64,000 nt of DNA from Mobula hypostoma. Lineage: Eukaryota. Each line of letters starts with the position of its first letter. Within the stretch, counting starts at the first letter, position 1. The notes under the pieces were generated by a model. The model did no database searches and was not told the origin of the DNA. It saw only the letters and a list, made by a program, of their open reading frames with translations. Location: NCBI RefSeq assembly GCF_963921235.1, contig NC_086097.1, positions 228,472,001 through 228,536,000 on the forward strand. The letters are read 5' to 3'. Shown here in pieces: positions 11,972 to 24,084 of this stretch. The translations under genes were made by a program, and so were the position numbers.

Positions 11972-12652
11972 TTACTTACATCCTTCATATACAAGAGGAG
12001 TAAAAATCTTTACGTTACATCTCCATCTGAATGTGCAATGTGCAAATTATAGTAATTTGTAATAAATAATATGTACAACAGGACAGTCAATATAACATAA
12101 AAATACAGTTGTATCAGTGTCAGTGTGAATTAATCAGTCTGATGGCCTGGTGGAAGAAGCTGTCTTGGAGCTCATTGGTCCTGGCTTTTATGTTACGGTA
12201 CCATTTCCCAGTTGGTAGAAGTTGGAAAAGTTTGTGGTTGGGGTGACTTGGGTCCCCGATGATCCCTTGGGCCCTTTTTACGCACCTGTCTTTGTAAATG
12301 TCCTAAATAGTGGGAAGTTCACATCTACAGATGCGCTGGGCTGTCCGCACCACTCTCTGCAGAGTCCTGTGATTGTGGGAAGTACAGTTCCCATACCAGG
12401 CAGTGATGCAGCCAGTCAGGATGCTCTCAATTGTGTCCCTGTAGAAAGTCCTTAGGATTTGGGGACTCATGCCAAACTTCTTCAAACATCTGAGGTGAAA
12501 GAGGCGCTGTTGTGCTTTCTTCACCACACAGCCGGTACGTACGGACCAGGTGAGATCCTTGGTGATGTGCTTGCTGAGGAACTTAAAGCTTTTCACCCTC
12601 TCAACCCCAGATCCATTGGTGTCAGTAGGGGTTAGTTTGTCGCCATTCCTCC
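11972..12652 (-). mobile_element. Rex1/Babar-like LINE 3' fragment (tail displaced to ~9255-9277)
   Basis: ORF 12303-12596 KKAQQRLFHLR...ESILTGCITAWYGN. Confidence 0.85.
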
Positions 12653-13644
12653 TATATTATTAGAAAGAAATTATGTACAATAATATAAGAAAAGAATATT
12701 TAACTGGAAACATCAGTAGCCTTCTGTATCTTTCAATATAACCTTCTTAGAGTATCTGGAAAGCATATTCATAGAAATAAGGCAGGAAGAGGATATTAGT
12801 AAGGAACCCTTCAAACACGTCCTAGCTTGGGTATATCCGTGCATTGGAGTCTTATATAGAGCTTTTTATGAAATCAATTCAAATGCATTGCCTTAATGAT
12901 TTCTTTATCGGACAACAAGTCAAAATGCAAGCTATATAAATTTTACTAGTAATAGTGCATGTTCCATCTGTATATCCTTAATATTTTGTGTGAAGGTAAG
13001 GAAATATTTGCCTTGAACTGATTGGCAATGTTGTCAAGCAGCTTGAATGCTTATGATTGGGGTGGATCTTCCATGGCCCTGAGTGCACTCATTCACCCGG
13101 ATCATAGGGTATGCTTTTTACTTCACCGTGGTTCGGGCTGCAGTCTGCAGCTGAGAGGTTGGTCTCCAGCTCATCAGTACGGCCCAAGCAGCACACGGCC
13201 TCTCTGGAGTCTGACCTGACAGAATAGTTCTTGGGGCTGATGAAGTTACATCAAGCCAGGTCCACTGCACGGAGAGTTTCCACTGTTAAGAATGTTTGTG
13301 AAAGTCCTTTACATTCATCTACACTCTGTTCAGAGTAAAATTGTTAAAAAGTTGTATTTCAAGTTTATTTTTTGCAATACAGTGATTCAAATCAGATTCA
13401 TAAACTTAAAAATCATTATAAGCATTTAAACTAACTTGGTTATCACACGGGAAGCTTTTCATCCTTTTTTCCAGGCTGATGATGTGTCCCGTTAAATTCT
13501 ATGAATCTATTGTATTTATGAAGGATTAACTAAACGTGAATTCAGTGGACAGACTGAGAGCTAGGGAGTTTACCGACATGCACCCTGTCTGAGGAGTCTT
13601 TCACTGTGGCTCAGGAATCCCACAGCTGGTTTACTCCGGGTGAA

Positions 13645-13867
13645 TTCAAGGACTCTACATCTCACGTTCTCAGTATCATCTATTTTTTATTTGCACAATT
13701 TGTCTTCTTTTGCACCTTGGTTGTTTGTCAGTCTTTGCTTTCACACATATATTTTCATCAATTCTATTGAATTTCTTTATTTTCCTGTAAATGCCTGCAA
13801 GAAAATGAAACTCAAGGTCGCACACAGTGACATATTTGTACATTGATGATAAATTTACTTTGAATTT
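13645..13867 (+). mobile_element. LINE 3'UTR remnant (Rex1-like)
   Basis: Homologous to 59400-59603 (CCTGTAAATGCCTGCAAGAAAATGAA...AAATTTACTTTGAA). Confidence 0.6.
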
Positions 13868-14419
13868 CGAGAGCTGAGAAAGCGTTTAATTCGGGAATAG
13901 CCCAGCCAGCAGATCAATGCACTGGAAGACCACCCAAAGTTGCTGTTATTCATACATTCATAAAAGACCAAAATGTCCACATTAGCTTAAATCTAAATAA
14001 AATCTTAGAAGTATTTATGTAAAGTGAAGCATGTAAAGCACATAGATCAGGAAACACTTAGATGTATTTAACTCAGTTCATTCATCAAAGAAATGCAGAT
14101 GATCATACCTCTTTCTCACTCAGACACATAGCACACAGGCATCCATTGCTACATGAATAAAATGAACAGAGTCACTGAAACTGTGCCAGATCTAACCTCC
14201 CACTGGTTTAGCAGCCAGATTTCTCAGCATAGCAGTTGGGAAACTACAGGAAGCTGGCATTCTGCCTAGAAAATTGGAGGGCAGTCAGAATGATGGCTGA
14301 GGGGACCTCTCAAGAAGTTTGGGATCTTCATCTTCTCGTTTGCTTCAGCTGCACTTCGCAATGGTTATGTGTGAAAATGCAGACAACTGCCTACAGCACG
14401 GCCGACCTTTCTTAAGTAA

Positions 14420-14438
14420 AGCCCACTAGAGGGCAGTG
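14420..14438 (+). promoter_or_regulatory. Candidate CTCF binding site
   Basis: CCACTAGAGGGCAG is an exact match to the CCASYAGRKGGCRS core, in unique sequence. Confidence 0.5.
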
Positions 14439-14594
14439 GAAAACAAAATTCTGCAGCTTATTGTTCAAGGTTTTAACCTGCAATGCAATTCTAGTCAGAT
14501 ACAGGTCTAATATCGATTGATTGATTTATTGAGATACAGCTCGGAGTAGGCCCTTCCAGCCCTTTGATCCGCAGCGAAATGAAAGAGTAATGAG

Positions 14595-15355
14595 GTTCAA
14601 GGTTCAATATCCATTTTGAAATCAGATGGCAGAGGGAAAGGAGCTGTTCCTGAATTGTTGGCTGTGTGCCTTCAGGCGTCTGTACCTCCTTCCTGATGGT
14701 GGCAATGAGAACAGGGCATGACCTAGGAGATGAGGGTCCTTAATGAAGGATGCCACCTTTTTGAGGCATCCCTTATTGAAGTTGTCCTGGATACTACAGA
14801 GCCTAGTGGAGCTGACTAAGTTTATAACTCTCTGCAGCTTACTTTGGTCCTATGCAGTAGCCCCTCAACAACCCTTTCCCCATAACAGATGGTGATGCAG
14901 CCAATTAAAATGCTATGCGCAGTATATCTGTAGAAATTTTTGAGTGTTTTTGGAAACATACTGAATCTTCTCAAACTCCTATTGCTGCTGTTGTGTCTTC
15001 TTTGTAGCTGTGTCGATATGTTGGGTCCAGATTAGATACTCAGAGATAATGACACCAAGGAATTTGAAATTGCTCACTCATTCCTCTTAATCGCTCTATG
15101 AAGACTGGGGTGTGTTCAGTCATCTTACCCTTTTTGACATCCACAATCAGTTCTTTGGTTTACTGGCATTAAGTACAAGGTTGTTGCTACAACATCACTC
15201 AACTAGCTGATATATTTCACTCCTGTATGCCCTCTCATCGGCATTTGAAATTCTGCCAAACAATCAGCAAATTTATAGATGGTATTTGAGCTGTTCCTTT
15301 CCACACAGTCATGGGTATAGAAAGAGTAGAGCAGTGGGCTAAGCACACAGCCCTA
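14595..15355 (-). mobile_element. Degraded Rex1/Babar-like LINE fragment
   Basis: Colinear homology to 35240-36372. Confidence 0.8.
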
Positions 15356-15384
15356 GGTAACTGTCTCCACAGTTCAGGTTTATT

Positions 15385-15667
15385 CTTTATTTTTATTTTA
15401 TTGAGCTACATTGTGGAATAAGTCCTTCTGGCCCTTCAAGCCATGGCAGCCAGCAACCCCCGATTTAACCCTAGCCTAATCACGGGACAATTTACAATGA
15501 CCACTTAGCCTATCGTCCAGTACCCCTTTGGACTGTGGGAGGAAACCGGAGCACTCGGAGGAAACCCACGTGGTCACGAGGAGAAGGTGCAAGCTTCTTA
15601 CAGGCAGCGAGGGGAATTGAAGCCAGGTTTCTGGTATTGTAAAGCATTGTGCTAACCACTACACTCC
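15385..15667 (-). mobile_element. tRNA-derived V-SINE (HE1-like)
   Basis: Minus strand: A-box-like GTGTAGTGGTTAGC, B-box-like GCTTCAATTCC, V-domain GTGGGTTTCCTCCGAGTGCTCCGGTTTCCTCCCACAGTCCAAAG, CR1-like 3' end and A-rich tail. Confidence 0.85.
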
Positions 15668-16216
15668 CTGTTCAGGAGGAACTGAAGGACATGGTATACT
15701 ACTGTCCAAATATTGAACATACAGATATGAAATTGCACAAAGAAAACTTGAGCCTTCTGCTGTAGATTTCGTTCGTGAGACGTGTAGTTGCAAATTCCAT
15801 ATATCTATTAATTCTGACTAATTAATTATACCTATTAGTTAATCATTATTGACTTGTTGAATTGATTGTGAGTTTTATATCATGATAAAGATTGTATGAC
15901 ATTAAAGTAGATTCATGAATAAAATGGACAAGGTCAAATAATTTTTGCTCAAAGTTCATTTTGAGCAGTTCACTATCATTCACTTAGAATGAAAGTATTT
16001 CTTTATTGATTCTCCCTTCCTCAATCTTTTTCCCCTGAAGTCATTGACCAGACAGACTTGCAAGATCAGCATTCAGAGTTTTAGGAAATTACTGGATATT
16101 TTCACATACAGTACAATACCAGGAACACCGGCTGAATTAACTCATCTTAAATGATCCATGACCAAGGAAGATTTTAATTTAATAAGGAGTCCAACAGTAA
16201 CTATTTTTCTAAAGGA

Positions 16217-16493
16217 ATAGAAACATAGAACATAGAAAACCTGCAGCACAATACAGGCCCTTTGCCCCACAGGCCCTTTGCCCCACAATACTGTGCTTAC
16301 TTGAGAAATTACCTAAGATTATCCATAGCCCTCTATTTTTCTAAGCTCCATGTACCTATCCAGGAGCCTGTTAAAAGACCCTATCGTATCTGCCTCCACC
16401 ACAGTCACCGGCAACCCATTCCACACACTCACCACTCTCTGCGTAAAAAACGTACTCCTGATATCCCCTCTGTAGCTAATTCCAAGCACCTTA
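16217..16493 (-). mobile_element. CR1 3' end
   Basis: Homologous to 11700-11970; TTCTATG tail. Confidence 0.85.
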
Positions 16494-17584
16494 ACATATT
16501 CAATAAAAAATAAATTACAAAAAAAAATTGAAAGAATCCTTTCTTCTGAATTTCCAAAATACAGAGTTTAATATATGGCTCGGCAAATTAGAATGGGGAC
16601 CCAATAGCATTCCCAAGATGCTGTTCTTTGCTCATGGGATATCGCCAACAAAACTTTATATTGTACAATATTAAACACCTGTGGCAGTATTATACTGAAT
16701 ATGGCACATGAGTATATGCAGCAATACCAGAAATGCAGAACAAAAGTAACCAGAAAATTATCATTTGACCAATAACATTCTGACTATTTTCTTCAGCACA
16801 GTACATAAGCCAACATGTTGCAATTGCAAGGCATCCTTTGAGCTCAGAAGTGCCATGAGCAACCATGTCACTTAATACACAGAAATAACAGCAGGTGAGA
16901 TGAATAGTTCAATCACTCTTTCAATTTGTGCTACTTTCTAAGGCAGATTCCTTGAGTGGATGACGGGTCTCAACTACTGATCGACATTGAAATCATTTGA
17001 TGGAGCTTTTATTTAGAGAAGATATTTATGCTTACAGTCCTGGTTTTGGACGAGTAAAATTGGAGATGCAATTTCAATTTAAAGCTTCTTTGTTTTCCAG
17101 CACGTTATTTCCAGTCACAGTATGCAATTAAGTGGCACTTTACCACAGCAAACCCATGGCAAAACTTGGCAGTTTTGAGCATTAAATCAATCAATAAATA
17201 GCAAAGTACATTGGGCAAATTGAGCAGCAACTCAGCCTGATATTATGTAGTCGACACCTTAGGAATCCGCACATCTGAAGTGTAAGGATTTCTGGCTTTT
17301 TAGTGATTTCATTTAATTTTCATTGATGGGGGGAAAAGTCACTGGCTTTTAAAATGCTTTGGGCAAACTAGTTTTGTTTCACCTGTCTCATTCATCTACC
17401 CGGATGAGATGTGAGTTGTGAAATATAACAAACAATATCAGTAACCATCAAGACAAAAACAAAATGCATTATAATCAGAGCAACCAATGCACTTATGTGA
17501 AACAAAAACATATATTAGCAAGCATTCTGCTTGACTAACACTGTTGTTGCTCCTTGAAGTTAACATTTTCAATAAGTGTTCTGT

Positions 17585-17840
17585 TAAAGTTTAAAAATTA
17601 GCTCTATTTGTCACGTGCAAATTGAAATATTGAAACATATAGTGAAATGGATAATTTGAGTCAACAACCAATACAGTCCAAGGACACTAATCCTTTGAAT
17701 GCAGGAGGACACTGGAGCACCTGGAAGAAATCCACGTGGTCTCAATGAGAACATACAAACCTTTTACAGACAGCAGCAGGAATTGAACTATGAATACTGG
17801 CGCTATAATGTGGTTTGCTAACGGCTACACTGCCTTGCCA
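17585..17840 (-). mobile_element. Degraded V-SINE-like element
   Basis: GGAGCACCTGGAAGAAATCCACGTGGTC V-domain and tRNA-like head ending near 17840. Confidence 0.65.
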
Positions 17841-18087
17841 CCCTTGGTATACCACACGCACAAAAAAAATGCAGAAATAAGTCAAAGAGATTGTCCTGGA
17901 ACAAATTTCATATAAAATATGTGGGCTTTGCCTTAATTGCTGCTTGGGATATGTGTCCTCTTGCAAATATTATCTTGCTTTACTTTTCCAATATTTCCTC
18001 ACAAATTTCCCAAGGCTAAGGTGGCAAGGAGGTAGGCTGTTTTCGCACCTCTGACAGTGACAGTCTCCAAGCAAATACAATTAGGTA

Positions 18088-19872
18088 GATACTCATGCGG
18101 CCACTTTATTAAGCTTTTCCTGTACCTAATAAAGTGGTCACTGTGTGTATTTTTGTGGTTTCTGTTGCTGTAGGCCATCCCCTTCAAGGTCCGATATGTT
18201 GTGCATTCAGAGATGCTCTTCTACACACCACTGTTGCAATGTATGATCATTTTCATTGCTGCAAGCTTCCTGTCAGCTTGAACCAGTCTGGCCATTCTCC
18301 TCTGACCTCTCTCATCAACAAGGCATTTTCACCCACAGAACTGCTGCTCACTGGATGATTTCTTTTTTTTTTGTTTTTTGCACCATTCTCTGTAAACACT
18401 AGAGACTGTTGTGCATGTAAATTCCAGGAGATCAGCAGTTTCTGAGATACCCAAACCACCCTGTCTTGCACCAACAATCATTCCATGGTCCAAGTCACTT
18501 AGATTATTTTTCTTCCCCATTCTGATGATTGGTCTGAACAACAACTTGACCATAGAACATAGAATAGTACAGCACAGTACAGGCCCTTCAGCCCTCATTG
18601 TTGTACCGACCCTCAAACCCCGCCTCCCATATAATCCCCCAACTTAAATTCCTCTATATACCTGTCTAGTAGTCTCTTAAATTTCACTAGTGTATCTGCC
18701 TCCACCACTGACTCAGGCAGTGTATTCCACGCACCAACCACTGTCTGAGTGAAAAACCTTCCTCTAATATCCCCCTTGAACTTCTCACCCCTTACCTTAA
18801 AGCCTTGTCCCCTTGTATTGAGCAGTGGTGCCCTGGAGAAGAGGTGCTGGCTATCCACTCTATCTATTCCTCTTAATATGTTGTATACCTCTATCATGTC
18901 TCCTCTCATCCTCCTTCTCTCCAAAGAGCAAAGCCCTAGCTCCCTTAATCTCTGATCATAATCCATACTCTGTCAACCAGGCAGCATCCTGGTAAATCTC
19001 CTCTGTACACTTTCCAATGCTTCCACATCCTTCCTATAGTGAGGTGACCAGAACTGGACACAGTACTCCAAGTGAGGCCCAACCAGAGTTTTATAGAGTT
19101 GCATCATTACATCGTGACTCTTAAACTCTATACCTCGACTTATGAAAGCTAACACCCCATAAGTTTTCTTAACTACCCTATCTAACTGTGAGGCAACTTT
19201 CAGGGATCTGTGGACATGTACCCCCAAATCCCATGCTCCTCCACACTCTGCCTTGGAGTTTGTCCTTCCAAAGTGTACCACCTCACACTTCTCCAGGTTG
19301 AACTCCATCTGCCACTTCTCAGCCCACTTCCGCAATGTATCAATGTCTCTCTGCAATCTTCGACAATCCTCCACACTATCTACAACACCACCAACCTTTG
19401 TGTCATCTGCAAACTTGCCAACCCACCCTTCTACCCCGACATCCAGGTCGTTAATAAAAATCACGAAAAGTGGAGGTCCCAGAACTGATCCTTGTGGGAC
19501 ACCACTAGTCACAACCCTCCAATCCGAATGTACTCCCTTCACCACGGCCCTCTGCCTTCTGCAGGCAAGCCAATTCTGAATCCACCTGGCCAAACTTCCC
19601 TGGATCCCATGCCTTCTAACTTTCTGAATAAGCCTACCGTGGGGAACCTTGTCAAGTGCCTTCCTAAAATCCATATAGATCACATCCACTGCACTACCCT
19701 CATCTATATGCCTGGTCACCTTCTCAAAGAACCCTATCAGGCTTGTTCAGACTCTATCAGACCATGTCTGCATGTTTTTGTGCATTGAGTTGCCACTACA
19801 TGATTGGCTGAATAGACATTTGCATAAACGAGCAGATGTACAGGTGTAACTAACAAAGTGGCCACCAAGTAT
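18088..19872 (-). mobile_element. Non-autonomous Tc1 derivative interrupted by a CR1
   Basis: Paired-like HTH MGKKNNLSDLDHGMIVGARQGGLGISETADLLEFTCTTVSSVYREW in ORF 18329-18616; TIRs at both ends. Confidence 0.85.
18551..19745 (-). mobile_element. CR1 RT fragment nested in the Tc1 derivative
   Basis: ORFs 18973-19719 (GVPQGSVLGP, FADDTK) and 18613-18966; TTCTATG tail. Confidence 0.92.
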
Positions 19873-20397
19873 GTGTCTACAGTTTCTCATGTTTTAGTGG
19901 AGGAGGGATCGATATATGAAAGCAGCTGCTTGCTCACAGCAATGGAAGTGATATTCTGACCTTTGCGGAGCAGAACATGGATTGAATCTACATTGCATCA
20001 GATGTGTTACTGGATGTTTCTCTCCAACAATCTTGAAACTACTTCTCACCCATGATCATAGCTTATAAACATCTTGTTAAGATATCACATCTACATCTAA
20101 CCTAGCATGGAAGATATTTAGTTTTGATCTTCAGACAAAATGTGGAAGGTTGTTAATCCATTGCATATGGGACAGTGTTAGTGTAGCCATTTGGTGGAAA
20201 ATTGGCACACTGAATCTTCCCAGGTTACGCATGCACAACTTACATACAGCCTTGTACGTCTGAATGAGTGTTTTGGAGAACAATGTGATGGGTTTGCCAG
20301 CACCTGCAGGTTTGCAGACAACTGCTCTTGACATGAGTTGAAATTTTTTCCACAAGAAGAACACATTCTAGTTAATACGTTGACGTTCATTTAATGA

Positions 20398-20572
20398 CCT
20401 TTAAGAAACATGGACATTTAAGGGACATATAATGAACTAACATAAGCATATGGATGATAGAAAAATGGCAGGCTATGTAGGAGGGAAAGGTTATATTATC
20501 TTAGAGTAGGTTATAACGTCAACACAACATCATGAACTAAAGGGCCTGTATTGTGCTGTAGTGTTGTATGCT
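20398..20572 (+). mobile_element. Old CR1 3' end
   Basis: AAGGGCCTGTATTGTGCTGTAGTGTTGTATG terminal motif. Confidence 0.6.
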
Positions 20573-21132
20573 CATATTTTGTGAATCCTATCTAGAGGTA
20601 CACCAAGAGCAGCACCCGTTTTAAAACCTTCAGTAGCATTTCAATCCTCATCTGCTGTTTAATCTTTTATAAGAATATCATTATTTGCCCCAAGTTAAGC
20701 TTTACAATGCTTCTCCAGCCCGTCTCATCTAATGGGACAGCATTTCCTCTGCAGGCATTCTCTACCGTGTCGGAGCTCAGATTACAGCCAAATTTCCAAC
20801 TTTCAGGCTGTCAACAGTTCCCTGAAACAGAACCCTGCCCTAACCTGTGGAGGACCTGTATAATACTGTAAGTTCCACATGATGTGGAACTGACAACCTT
20901 GATCAAACAAAGCATTGCATGTTAATAGCTAAATAAACGAGCTGGTGATACTGAGATACATCTCCTTTTATAATTAATTGGGCTAACTAATCTCAAACTA
21001 AAACTAGAATTATTGCTCCAAACTAACCTTCTGAAAGCAGATGACAATTGAGACTGATGGTCTGTTCTGGGGCCCAGCAGTATGGCGAGTCACTGTCTAA
21101 TGTTTCTTGCAATGGAAAATATAAAGGTGAAT

Positions 21133-21345
21133 AAGAATTGGGTTTATTATAACTGATGTATGCCGTGAAATTTGTTGTTTTGAGGCAACAGCACATTGAA
21201 GGCATAACAAAATTACCATAATTTACAAAATAAGTGGTGAGAAAAGATAAATTACAAGGAAGCATTCACGGTTTCATGGACCATTCAGAGATCTGATGAC
21301 GAAGAGGACGCAGCTGTTCTTAAACATTGAGTATGGGTCTTCAGG
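21133..21345 (-). mobile_element. Rex1-like LINE 3' end
   Basis: GGTTTATTATAACTGATGTATGCCGTGAAATTTGTT shared with the 35250-35300 tail. Confidence 0.6.
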
Positions 21346-22809
21346 CTGATGAAATCCTTCATCCGGATTCCTGCTGGGTTCCTCCAGCATTTTGTGAGGG
21401 AAGTAATAACAGATGTCTGGGGAAATTGGCCGGAGCAGTGAAATGATAAGAAACAAGGCAGTCAAAATTTATCAAAGATATAAAGAATTTTTTTTTGTTT
21501 TGTTTTGGTAGGAATAATGAAAAGAGGTGAAATGAGCTAAATTTGAAGGGGATTAGCAACAGAGAAAAGGATCTAGCAATTGAAATATCTGGGGGTGTGA
21601 TTGGGTATCTAATTCTGAAATCTTTTTCAGCGCTGACATAACGTCACAAGTGAAAAATTCCACAAGGCTCTGGGAAGGTTATTAGGCAACGTGCAGGTCC
21701 CTGCATATCGCAGACAGTTCTAGGAAATGACCTCACATGTGTACTGAACAGAAGTTAATGGAAAATAGCACAAAGTGAGAAATGAAGATCTCAAACATTT
21801 ATTGAAAGAATAGATCCATCAGCGTCGGAGTGAACTTATGCTGCTTAATGGTATGCTGATCATGAAACAAGTAAAGATCTATCATGACGAACTGAAAATT
21901 GAAGGTAATTGTGAATATTTAGTAGGCTAGTTGCAGAGATTTAAGAAAAGGCACATCATTAAATTTTTAAAAAATGTTTAAATTTTAAAGATAAAGTGTC
22001 TCTGTTGCATCTGCTTTCAGGATGAGGCTTTTCATTCCAGGATGAAGGAGATGTCCTCCTTTTTTAAAGAAAGGGGCTTCCCTTCCTCTGCCATCAACTC
22101 TGCTCTCAAACACATCTCTCCCATTTCACGCTCTCAGCCAATCCTCCGGCCACCTCACTAGGAATAGAGTTCCCCTTGTCCTCACCTACCACCCCACCAG
22201 CCTCTGGGTCCAACATATAATTCTCTGTAACTTCCGCCACCTCCAATGGGATCCCACCACTAAGCACATCTTTCCCTCCCCCCCCCCTTCTGCAGGGATC
22301 GCTCCCTACGCGACTCCCTTGTCCATTTGTCCCCCCGCAACCCTTCCCACCGATCTCCCTTCTGGCACTTATCCTTGTAAGCAGAACAAGTGCTACACAT
22401 GCCCTTACACTTCCTCCCTCACCACCATTCAGCGCCCCAGACAGTCCTTCCAGGTGAGGCGACACTTCACCTGTGAGTCGGCTGGGGTGATATACTGCGT
22501 CCGGTGCTCCCGGTGCGGCCTTCTGTATATTGGTTAGACCCGACGCAGGCTGGGAGACCGTTTCGCTGAACATAGGTGCTCTGTCCACCAAAGAAAGCAG
22601 GATCTCCCAGTGGCCACACATTTTAGTTCCATGTCCCACTCCCATTCTGATATGTCTATCCACGGCCTCCTCTACTGTCAAGATGAAGCCACACTCAGGT
22701 TGGAGGAACAACACCTTATATTCCATCTGGGTAGCCTCCAACCTGATGGCATGAACATTGACTTCTCTAACTTCCGTTAATACCCCACCTCCCCTTTGTA
22801 CCCCATCTC

Positions 22810-22852
<43 letters not shown>

Positions 22853-22855
22853 TTT
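22810..22855 (+). repeat. (TATT)n microsatellite, ~11 units
   Basis: Direct reading. Confidence 0.95.
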
Positions 22856-23103
22856 CCCTCTCTTTTTTTCTCCCTCTGTCCCTCTCACTGTAACTCCTTG
22901 CCCATTCTCTGAGCTCCCCTCCCCCTTTCTTTCTCCCTAAGCCTCCCATCCCATGATCCTCTCCCTTCTCCAGCCTCGTATCCCTTTTGCCAATCAACTT
23001 TCCAGCTCTTGGCTCCATCCCTCCCCCTCCTGTCTTTTCCTATCATTTCGGATCTCCCCCTTCCCCTCCCACTTTCAAATCTCTTGCTATCTCTTCTTTC
23101 AGT

Positions 23104-23141
23104 TAGTCCTGACAAAGGGTCTTGGCCTGAAACATCGACTG
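23104..23141 (+). ncRNA. Minimal type-I hammerhead ribozyme motif (mutated, probably inactive)
   Basis: TAGTC-CTGACAA-A-GGGT(CTTG)GCCT-GAAA-C-ATC-GACTG; stems I and II pair; core G8 changed to A. Confidence 0.7.
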
Positions 23142-23437
23142 TACCTCTTCCTATAGATGCTGCCTGGCCTGCTGTGTTCACCAGCGTTTTTTATGTATGG
23201 AGACTGAAAGCCTGCCTATTTTTGTTGTTGTTCAGCAGCTGATTCAGGTTTTCTCCCAATGCTGCTGTGCAGCTTTTGTTACCCTGCACACATTATATTT
23301 TCATTATATTAATGGTATATAATAATTTTATTGGTAAGTACATCTGTGCGATGAACAAATGTAAGGCAACAACTGCTTACTGGTAGCACATAAATTGAGA
23401 GTCGGAAATGATGGCTATTCCAATCTATCTCATTATC

Positions 23438-23516
23438 TATTCCAAACTCCGAAAAAATATGAAATCTGAAACACTTCTGGGCCCAAGCATTTCCGATAAG
23501 GGGTACTCAATCTGTA
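23438..23516 (-). mobile_element. Tigger/pogo terminal fragment (Tigger4/MER46-like)
   Basis: Minus strand TA-CAGATTGAGTACCCCTTATCGGAAATGCTTGGGCCCAGAAGTGTTTCAGATTTC, closely resembling the recalled Tigger4/MER46 end; TA target. Confidence 0.7.
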
Positions 23517-24084
23517 TTAAGATAGGTTCATCAGAATTTGTTAGAGTAATGAGATTTTTATCTTTATACGTAGAAGCGTGGAATATAAAAGCAAAGAGGT
23601 TCTGTTCAAAGTATAAACATTAGTCCCTGCTGGCACACTGAGACTGCTATATGATTTAGGAAGAATGATGGTTTTCTGGAACATCACAGAGATGGAAGAC
23701 TAAGTTATGTGCCAAGTCTAGGGAAATTGGAGTTGATCTCCCTGGAGCTGCGCATATTGAGAAAGGATTTTTTTTTGTGGTAACACTGGGTATGAGGGAT
23801 TTTGGCAGAGTTCATGAGAGTGGCTGAAGGGTCATGATCAAAAGTCACTGGGTCGTAGTGATTGGCAGGAGATCTTGAAGGACAAAGGGAGTTAGCACCA
23901 TGCGTACAATGACAGGCCTGATGCAGTCATGGTAGAAAACTGAAGGCATTTGAACTAGGAAATTTGGCAGAGTTAGGCTTGGATATGAGAGATGCCAGCA
24001 TGAGAGCCTTCAAGAGGAGAGATATATGAATAATACAGAGATCTGCTGAGGTAAGGGTAGGTTTCTTGAGGAAAGGGTCATTGA

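Larger units (their letters stand above)
21998..23197 (+). mobile_element. Penelope-like element, 3' half (GIY-YIG endonuclease, pyrimidine-rich 3' region, hammerhead-bearing terminus)
   Basis: YPCKQNKCYTC linker; VIYCVRCSRCGLLYIG*TRRRLGDRFAEH (stop within GIY-YIG); terminal repeat at 23100-23197. Confidence 0.9.

Noticed and set aside
13075..13285. Minus-strand frame with in-frame TGA next to Cys (VDLA*CNF) as a selenoprotein exon
   Set aside because: No similarity to a selenoprotein family I recognise, no SECIS identified, weak splice context
20755..20867. Possible plus-strand exon (ctctgcag|...|gtaagt)
   Set aside because: The one open frame (AFSTVSELRLQPNF...) is unrecognisable and no partner exons were found
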